A DNA stretch of 64,000 nucleotides from Octopus vulgaris. Taxonomy: Eukaryota. The position numbers were made by a program, and so were the translations under genes. Under the pieces are notes generated by a model, which was given only the letters and a program-made list of their open reading frames with translations, searched no databases and had not been told where the DNA came from. Below are positions 56,645 through 64,000 of this stretch, in pieces. The stretch spans positions 106,330,001-106,394,000 of the forward strand of contig OX597816.1 of the NCBI GenBank assembly GCA_951406725.2. Reading direction: 5' to 3'. Positions within the stretch are counted from its first letter, which is position 1, and each line of letters opens with the position of its first letter.

Positions 56645-57030
56645 AAAATAAAATATGGTCCGTTATCTTCTGCTGAACCGGGGTCATCCCTTGACCCTAG
56701 GGTCACAGCAAGTCCTCATCTCATGGGGAGTTCACGGCGTAAAATGTGTGCGGAACCTAGCAACACTATTTTCTGAAGTTCTCCCATGTTAACACTGCAA
56801 GGGAGTTTGTTGAGCTGCTTATCAAGGCCCTTTTTAATAAGCCCTAATTCTCCAATCACCACTGGTGCTGTGCTGCTTTTCATTCCCCACATCTTGGTCA
56901 TTTCTATTTCTAGGTCTTTGTACTTAAATAACTTCTCAACTTCTTTAATAGACACATTTCTCTCTGATGGGGCTGTCACATCTGTCATTAAGCATTTCTT
57001 ATTCTTCAAATCTTTGATGTCCGGCCTGTT
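56645..57030 (-). mobile_element. R4/Dong-clade non-LTR retrotransposon 3' fragment (restriction-like endonuclease domain) in a (TAA)n tract
   Basis: PDI..KNKKCLMTDVTAPSERNVSIKEVEKLFKYKDLEIE...W...PVVIGELG...LQKIVLLGSAHILRR; (TAA/TTA)n on both sides, the known Dong target type. Confidence 0.8.
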
Positions 57031-57053
57031 TTATTATAATAATAATAATAATA

Positions 57054-57090
<37 letters not shown>

Positions 57091-58227
57091 GAGGCAACGG
57101 AGTAAAGACCACAGTGTCAGATTAATTCACTTACAAGTGTTTAGTTACGTTTCGAAAATCCTCTCTGCTACATCTACTGTTCGAAACATCGTCCCTTGTC
57201 CTTTGTTGGACGTGAGTTTTGCCCGATTGTTGTCACTTGCTCCACCTTCTTGATCAGAATTTGTCAAGATCGTCTCGGCATCGGATCCGTAGATCACCAC
57301 AGCTTCGTTTGTAGCTTCTGGAGTCCAGCTAGTTAATCTCGATGTTCACCTATTATTTGTCATTCTCGTCAAGTGACCTGCTCGGATTCATTTTAATTTA
57401 TATTTCTGAGAATGCCACGGATATCTGTCTGTATCCATTGAACTGTTCTCCTGTCTTTGTATTTGAATGACGAGCATAATTCTTTCGTAAACTCGTTGCA
57501 TTATTCCTAATTTGCGACATTTTTATTTTCTTTTATGTCTCAGAACCGTATGTCAAAGTTGGTAGTATGCATTCGTTATATATTTATCTTTTCAGAACCA
57601 TAATCATATTAGAATTGAAGATGGAACTAGCTCAATCAAAAGACTGCCATCCTCTGTATGATTCAGTGTATGATTTCCTATTTCTTGGAAAGAATTGCTG
57701 ATATATATTAACCCGAGTAGATGTAATAATCAACATGTCGGATGGTCCATTTTTCAACTTTTATATCGGATTCTTCATGTAGCTCTTTCTGTTTACCATT
57801 ACTTGGATTTTCTTCCGCTCATGTGGAGTCCCATCGATTTGCTTGAGTTCGTTGAACATTTCATGCAATTTGTCAATAGTTGTATAGAATGCTAAGGCCA
57901 GATGTCAAAAATTCGAAAAGTTCAGCTTTTTATTTTATATAAAACTTTGTTTTTGTTATTTAGATCTAGAGCAGTCCTGAAGAAGCATAAATATCAAAAG
58001 TGCTCCGATATTAATTATCTTGTCCTTTCCTTTGTTTTCTAGTGTATTAATTTTTTATAATCAGTACGGTATAATTCTAGGGACTATGCCTACTGTCTTA
58101 CAAATTTGTATTTTTGCATATGTTGAAAATATTTACTTTAATTATATGAGGACAGAGTGTATTATCATCTCCTGTGTGTCATTCTTTTTTCTTTTTGTTT
58201 TCTTTTTCACTTCAGACCTTGTAGAGG

Positions 58228-61200
58228 ATGAGGTCCTCTATACCAATATTTTCCACGATCTGCTGCTATTTCCTGTTTCTGCATGGATGCCACAGTGAAC
58301 ATGTTCTTAGTAGGAATGCACGTGAGCTACCAGGCGGAACCGAACATGATTATTCACCAGGGAAGAGAGCTGCGAAAACAGATAACATTGTCCAACCGAC
58401 TTCACCGAGTGCTATCCCGTCCAGTACAACTAAATGTCCCAATCTAGACTCGAACGATCTCGCAAACAACGGCCATAGAGTTATGAAAAGGAACAACATG
58501 CAGCGATCTAGTTTTGAGGCTGTACATGAAAAACGTAGAGTTGTCAGAAGAACTGCAAATAGCTGTGTTGTTGCCCAAAGATCGCGTCATGAGTTATCTA
58601 CCAGACGTACCGACAACAATGGGAGAAACACAATGCGCACCTCAACGTCTAGAACATTCAGCCGAGAAAATATTAGAAACAATAGAATGAGTAACCGAAG
58701 ACAAAACTCCAGGGCATCTTTAGAAACACGACGTTCCGCAGCTGAAAATGTGCAGAAACTGTCTTCAAGAAGGAGTATTGATTCTAGTAGGACATTGCAA
58801 GAGAACACAAGACAACAAACCATTAACACCCGACGAAATTCACTAACACGCGATGTTTCTAGAACAAGAAGATCAAGAGATGTTGACAGCATCAGTAGAA
58901 CTCAAGAAATCCGCAAAGAAATCTCAAATACAAGACAACAAACAGATAACATTCGCCGAAATTCACTGACACGTGACCGTTCTGTAGTTCCCAGTACACG
59001 AAGATCTAGAGATGTTGATAGCAGCCAGAAAATACGAGAAGTTCGTAATGTGGTATCAGATACGAGACGACATGCAGACGACACTCGCCGAAATTCACTG
59101 ACACGTGACCGTTCTGTAGTTCCCAGCACACGAAGATCTAGAGATGTTGATAGCAGCCAGAAAATACGAGAAGTTCGTAACGTGGTATCAGATACGAGAC
59201 GACATGCAGACGACACTCGCCGAAATTCACTGACAGTAAGTTCGAGAAGACAAAGATCCAGATCTGTAGACGCTAGAAGGAGAATACAGGATACTGGCAA
59301 AGAGAACTCAGATATAATACGAAAGCCTGATAATACGCGCAGAAATTCTCTTACACGCGAATCTTCAAGGGATTCTAGAATTCAAAGATCGAGATCTGTT
59401 GATACTACCAGAATGAGAACACAGGAAATTCGTAAAGAAGTATCGAATGCGAGACGGCAAACCGATAACACGCGTAGAAATACTCTCAGGCGTGACTCTT
59501 CGGTAGTTTCTAGAACTGAACGTTCCAGATCTGTTGACGCTACAAGAAGAATGCGCGAAGTTAAGAGAGAAGTATCAAAAACAAGACAAGAAATAGATAG
59601 CACTCGCCGAAATATTCTTACTCGTGATACTCCAGACGCTTTTAGAAATCAAAGGTCCAGATCTCTTGGTTTCAACAGGAGGACACAAGATATTCGTAAA
59701 GAGATACCAAATACCAGAAGACAAGCAAACGACGTTTACCGAGTTTCCCAGACCCGCGACACTTCAGCTGTTTCCAGAACACGAAGGTCAAGCTCGGTTG
59801 TGTCCAGTCGGAGAATTCAAGATGTTCGCAAAGACACAGACACAAAACAACAAGGAGATAATTCACGCAGAAACTCACTAGTTGATTCTAGAACTCAAAG
59901 GTCAAGGTCGGTTGATTCTGTCAGAAGAACGCGGGAATTAAGTAGAGAACTTTCGAATACAAGACGACAAACATACGACACTCGCCGAAATTCATTAACA
60001 CGTGAGTCCTTGGTAGTCTCTAGAACTCGAAGAGCTAGAAGTACTGATTCCAGTCGGACAACACAGGACATTCGCAATGAAATATCGAACACTAGACGGC
60101 AAACAGACAACAGGCGCCGAAATTCACTGATGCGTGATCCTTCGGTAGATTCCAGAAAACGAAGATCTAGGGATACTGAAGTTAGCAGAAGAAGACGAGA
60201 AATTAGTCAAGAAATATTAAATACAAGACGACAAATAGACGAAACCAGACGAAATTCACTTACTCGTGGCGCTCGATTAGTTTCTAGAACTGAAATGTCC
60301 AGATCTGTTGATTCTAGCAGAAGATCGAGGGAAATCGTTAATGAAATGTCAAGAACAAGACGACAGACAGACAACCTTCGCAGAAACACTCTTACACGTG
60401 ACAACTCAGACGTTTCTAGATCTCGAAGATCCCGATCTCTTGATTCCAGCATAGTACAAAATGTTCGCACAGGGATATCAAATACGAGACGACAAATGGA
60501 CAACAGTAGAAGACTTGCTGTAACACAAGATACTTCAGTAGCTGCTAGAGTTCAAAGGTCCAGATCTGTTGATTCCAACCGAAGAATACAGGAAACTCGC
60601 AGAGTGATGGCAAGTACAAGGCGAGATGTAGATAACACTCGTAGGGATTCTCTTTCAAGTGACTCTTCGCTCGTCCGCAGCGTTAGGAAGTTCAGATCCG
60701 CAATATCGGAAACGCGCGATGGATCTTCCAATACAAGGCGTGTAATAGATTCCAGACAACGAAACTTGGCTGTTCGTGATAAAAAAGAATATATGTTTCG
60801 TTCAAGTGATTCTGAAAGAATGAGGCACAGTAATCGCCGGAATGTGCACACTCGCGAGTCTCGAAACGATAATGAAAACTGGAGATCCACTCCAATTAAT
60901 TCCCAAAGAAGATTAAGTCAAGCAAGAGTAACTGGAAACGTTCGCGAGGAAATGAGCAATACAAGGCGACGCGTAGACAGTGGTCGTCGAAACGTCTTAC
61001 TTCAGGAATCTGGAGATGTTTCTAGAAACAAAATGTCCAGATCTGTTGATTTCAACAGAAAATCATGGCAAGAAAGGACAAAGTTTGAGGCTCGATACGT
61101 TAAATCAAATACCAGACGACAGGTAGATGATATGCATCAACCTTCCGTAGTAAGTGGGAAATCCAGGTCCATTGAATCTAACAGAAGGCAAGTTCGTACG

Positions 61201-62061
61201 GAAATATCTAATAGACGTCAAATAGACAACACTCGTCGAAACAGTGCGGTTTATGAATCTCGTGGTGTTTACAGAAGACAGACATCTAGATCCGCTGATT
61301 CTAACGTCATGTTACATCACACAAGAAGGATGCGAGATGTTCGTGAAGATACTGGCAATACCATGCGTGAGATGCGACGTACCATTCGAGAAAATTTGTC
61401 TTATGACCTCCCAAAAGCGTATAGGAACCAAAGAGCTATATACAGGACACGTCAACAAATTCGCGAGAAAATATCAGACACACGTCGTCAAATTCATAAT
61501 ATTCGTCAAAATGCTAGAAGTGCTCCTCAATTCCAGCGATCAAGATTGAGTAATTTTAACAGTTTCCGAATTGCAAGAACTGCTAATAACCGGGAAGTTA
61601 AAATATTTGGAAACTCGAAACAATTTTTAGTTTCTTCCCATCAAAACTTTCAGTTTGATATATCTTTCTTCCCGTCAAGAAACTTTGGAGCTATTGTTGT
61701 TATAAATCTAGAAAACAAACCATCATTTACAACACAAGCTTCAAACAATTCTCTATCTAACTTGTTGCCTTCATTAACACCACTGAACCAAGAGGCTGAA
61801 CGGAGCACTGCGATATCACTAGGAGTCCCGGTTGACCTGGAAATGACAGATAACGAATATTCTCGGCTGTCGTTGCCATCATCTTTCGTCCTGTCTAGTG
61901 ATAGTACAACACAGAAATATATAGGAGATAATGGCATTAATGAGGATTCAACTTTATTAATGAAAAACATTGTTGCATCACCATTAAACAATGTAAAGCA
62001 ATCTAAACTGGAAACAAGTACAAGGTTTGTAAACTTGAATCTTATTTCTCTTATTGAATAA
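58228..62061 (+). CDS. 1277-aa predicted secreted Arg/Ser/Thr-rich repeat protein, family not recognised
   Basis: 3.8-kb uninterrupted ORF in AT-rich DNA. Hydrophobic signal peptide aa 1-23 (cleavage likely after CHS). ~44-aa repeats; the youngest duplicated pair differs only by two synonymous changes. Splice acceptor upstream; AATAAA at 62057 and 62169. Confidence 0.92.
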   Translation: MRSSIPIFSTICCYFLFLHGCHSEHVLSRNARELPGGTEHDYSPGKRAAKTDNIVQPTSPSAIPSSTTKCPNLDSNDLANNGHRVMKRNNMQRSSFEAVHEKRRVVRRTANSCVVAQRSRHELSTRRTDNNGRNTMRTSTSRTFSRENIRNNRMSNRRQNSRASLETRRSAAENVQKLSSRRSIDSSRTLQENTRQQTINTRRNSLTRDVSRTRRSRDVDSISRTQEIRKEISNTRQQTDNIRRNSLTRDRSVVPSTRRSRDVDSSQKIREVRNVVSDTRRHADDTRRNSLTRDRSVVPSTRRSRDVDSSQKIREVRNVVSDTRRHADDTRRNSLTVSSRRQRSRSVDARRRIQDTGKENSDIIRKPDNTRRNSLTRESSRDSRIQRSRSVDTTRMRTQEIRKEVSNARRQTDNTRRNTLRRDSSVVSRTERSRSVDATRRMREVKREVSKTRQEIDSTRRNILTRDTPDAFRNQRSRSLGFNRRTQDIRKEIPNTRRQANDVYRVSQTRDTSAVSRTRRSSSVVSSRRIQDVRKDTDTKQQGDNSRRNSLVDSRTQRSRSVDSVRRTRELSRELSNTRRQTYDTRRNSLTRESLVVSRTRRARSTDSSRTTQDIRNEISNTRRQTDNRRRNSLMRDPSVDSRKRRSRDTEVSRRRREISQEILNTRRQIDETRRNSLTRGARLVSRTEMSRSVDSSRRSREIVNEMSRTRRQTDNLRRNTLTRDNSDVSRSRRSRSLDSSIVQNVRTGISNTRRQMDNSRRLAVTQDTSVAARVQRSRSVDSNRRIQETRRVMASTRRDVDNTRRDSLSSDSSLVRSVRKFRSAISETRDGSSNTRRVIDSRQRNLAVRDKKEYMFRSSDSERMRHSNRRNVHTRESRNDNENWRSTPINSQRRLSQARVTGNVREEMSNTRRRVDSGRRNVLLQESGDVSRNKMSRSVDFNRKSWQERTKFEARYVKSNTRRQVDDMHQPSVVSGKSRSIESNRRQVRTEISNRRQIDNTRRNSAVYESRGVYRRQTSRSADSNVMLHHTRRMRDVREDTGNTMREMRRTIRENLSYDLPKAYRNQRAIYRTRQQIREKISDTRRQIHNIRQNARSAPQFQRSRLSNFNSFRIARTANNREVKIFGNSKQFLVSSHQNFQFDISFFPSRNFGAIVVINLENKPSFTTQASNNSLSNLLPSLTPLNQEAERSTAISLGVPVDLEMTDNEYSRLSLPSSFVLSSDSTTQKYIGDNGINEDSTLLMKNIVASPLNNVKQSKLETSTRFVNLNLISLIE

Positions 62062-62168
62062 ATTATTTAAATACGCCATCTGCATGAAAAATATCAGTCG
62101 AGTTAGTTTTAATATATTTGATGCAGGGAGCATTAAAAATGCTAACAAGAAATAATAATGCGGTGAAG

Positions 62169-62174
62169 AATAAA
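62169..62174 (+). terminator. Candidate polyadenylation signal of the Arg-rich gene (another overlaps the stop at 62057-62062)
   Basis: AATAAA followed by T/GT-rich sequence at ~62195-62215. Confidence 0.5.
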
Positions 62175-64000
62175 CCATATTAGTTAGTGACTAATACTGT
62201 TTTCGTGTTTTCGGCAAATGTGTGGGACAACTCCCGTCATATTTCTATATTATTCTGATCCCATCAACGAAATATTCTTGCCAAAGTATTGGTGGAAGAA
62301 TCACTCGGTACATTTACTGACGCGTGGCTGTAAGGTAAGACGTTTACTTCTCAACCACATGGTTCTAGGTTCAGTTTTCAGTCCCACTGTGTAGCACCTT
62401 CGGCAAATGTCTTCAGCTTTAGACCTGCGTCGACCAAAACCATGAGTGGATTTGGTGGACGGAAACTAAAAGAAGTCTGTCGTGTGTGTATGTCCACCAC
62501 CTCTTGACAACAGATGTTAGTTTCTTTATGTCCCCCGTAACTTAGAGGTTCGGTAAAAACGGATCAATCGAATAAGTATAAGACTTTAAAAAAGTAATCG
62601 GTCGATTCATTCGACTAAAAAGGCAAATCTTCGAGCCGATGCCCACAGGCTGCACAGTCAAATGAATGAAACATGGAAAAGATTGGTATAAGAAAAAAGA
62701 ATTGTTTAGAGAAAAAAGAATTATTCAGAGACGCCAAAGAAATTTTCATTTTTTTCAACAGAAAGGATTACTTTCATTGTTGCAAGATGTACGGGAGACA
62801 ACTTCAAATATATTGGTTTCAAATATTGATACAAAGCCAGAAATTTCGGGGGAAGGGCCACGTCGATTAGACTCGCTGAGCGATATTGTTTTTCCCTCAG
62901 GTCATAATTATTTCTACCTAGATCCTCGCATTAAATATGTCAACTAACCTAACTCTAGTTTACTTTGTTGTTTTATATTACTTATGCTAAATATATATCT
63001 TGCCATTTCATCGCTTTTTGCTGTTAACATCATTTTTTTCGTTTCTTTCCTTTTTATACTTCCTTTAATATAAAGACATGAATTTGAGACATGCGATTTT
63101 TAAAGAACCTAGTTTATGAGTGAAATTTAGACAATCTTTTATTATAAACTCACAAGAAAATGCAAACAGGAACCAGAGTAACAGAATTTAATATAAACAG
63201 AGTATCGTTAACTTTTCTAAAGAGATAAAACAATTATGTTTTTAAATATGTATATATATATTTTTAATGGTATTTAATATGTAATTATATAAGATATATT
63301 TTAACAAGGATATGTAGCAGATCATTCTTTTGGCTGTAGTGACTACTGATGTGATACGAAGCATCGCCAGAAACTATAGCACTCCAATAAACAATCTTGT
63401 TAGTGATAGGTTTAAACGTTTTAGGTGAAGATTACCTTATGAGCCTTCATATAAAATGAAACATTCAATATAAAAAGATATTAACTGGTAATGGTTCGTG
63501 TTGGCTCCGTCGCCCTGTTTAACGCCACCACATAGCACCTTGGGCATTGTGGAGTAAGTACATTGTTCAAAACATTCGAGCCAGGTCTCCGGTCAAACCA
63601 TATTTTCATTCCGTTCTCCTTCAAGTCACTCTTGGAGGCGCTGTAAAGGATCATGAACATTCCTTTCCTCATGACTATATATATATTTTTTTAATAGTAA
63701 TACAACTAAGTTCAGATGAATGAATGTTGTGAGTGAAGATAAGTTTAATACAGAACCCTTCATCGGAGAGAGATGAAATAGCAATCTCGTTATCCTACAA
63801 TATCTATAACCACTTCACCTGTCTCAGACCAAAATTCTGCTCCAAACGTAGGGAAAAAAATCTTCCCACTATTTGAATTCCTTAAATTTATTAGAACCAC
63901 CTTAGTTATATTATTATTATTTACTATTTTATCAAGTTAACTCCACTCAGATTTAATCTCAGAAATAGCATCAAATTAATAATGTAAAGAGTTGTTTCAT

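Noticed and set aside
57975-58015. CTGAAGA plus a short stem upstream of the large exon as a hammerhead (also CTGATGA at ~37362)
   Set aside because: No GAAA core or stem I/III pairing.
58831-61400. Large ORF as a non-coding minisatellite, or as a nuclear SR/protamine-like protein or reflectin
   Set aside because: Frame is preserved across diverged units with in-frame indels and synonymous changes, and a signal peptide is present. There is no RRM, no long RS-dipeptide run and no Met/Tyr-rich reflectin motif.
58587-61991. Series of antisense ORFs under the large gene
   Set aside because: Shadows of the repetitive sense ORF, broken by periodic stops.

Overview
AT-rich eukaryotic genomic DNA, dense in microsatellites and repeats. 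The tRNA-derived SINE families, (TA/CA/TAG/ATAG)n tracts, RTE/CR1/R4/Penelope retroelement fragments and Mariner/Merlin/Helitron remnants resemble an octopus (coleoid cephalopod) genome; that assignment is an inference. The stand-out feature is an apparently complete two-exon gene at ~54.7-62.2 kb: a TATA/Inr promoter, a non-coding exon 1, a 3.3-kb intron and a single 3.8-kb coding exon. It encodes a 1277-aa predicted secreted protein with a signal peptide, a possible amidated N-terminal peptide (RNAR|ELPGGTEHDYSP-GKR), about 18-20 copies of a ~44-aa Arg/Ser/Thr/Asp-rich repeat, and a distinct non-repetitive C-terminal region. I do not recognise the family. Hypotheses are a charge-tuned secreted biomaterial or a polyprotein precursor of cationic peptides. 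The window also holds the last three exons of an unidentified + strand gene (1.4-4.1 kb) and possible - strand exons (7.5-10.6 kb). Other notable structures are a ~700-bp-arm foldback, several shorter hairpins, decayed Penelope-type hammerhead ribozyme motifs, two local templated duplications and alternating CpG-depleted/CpG-retaining domains. Most short ORFs in the track are microsatellite or antisense artefacts. All coordinates were read by hand and no searches were run.
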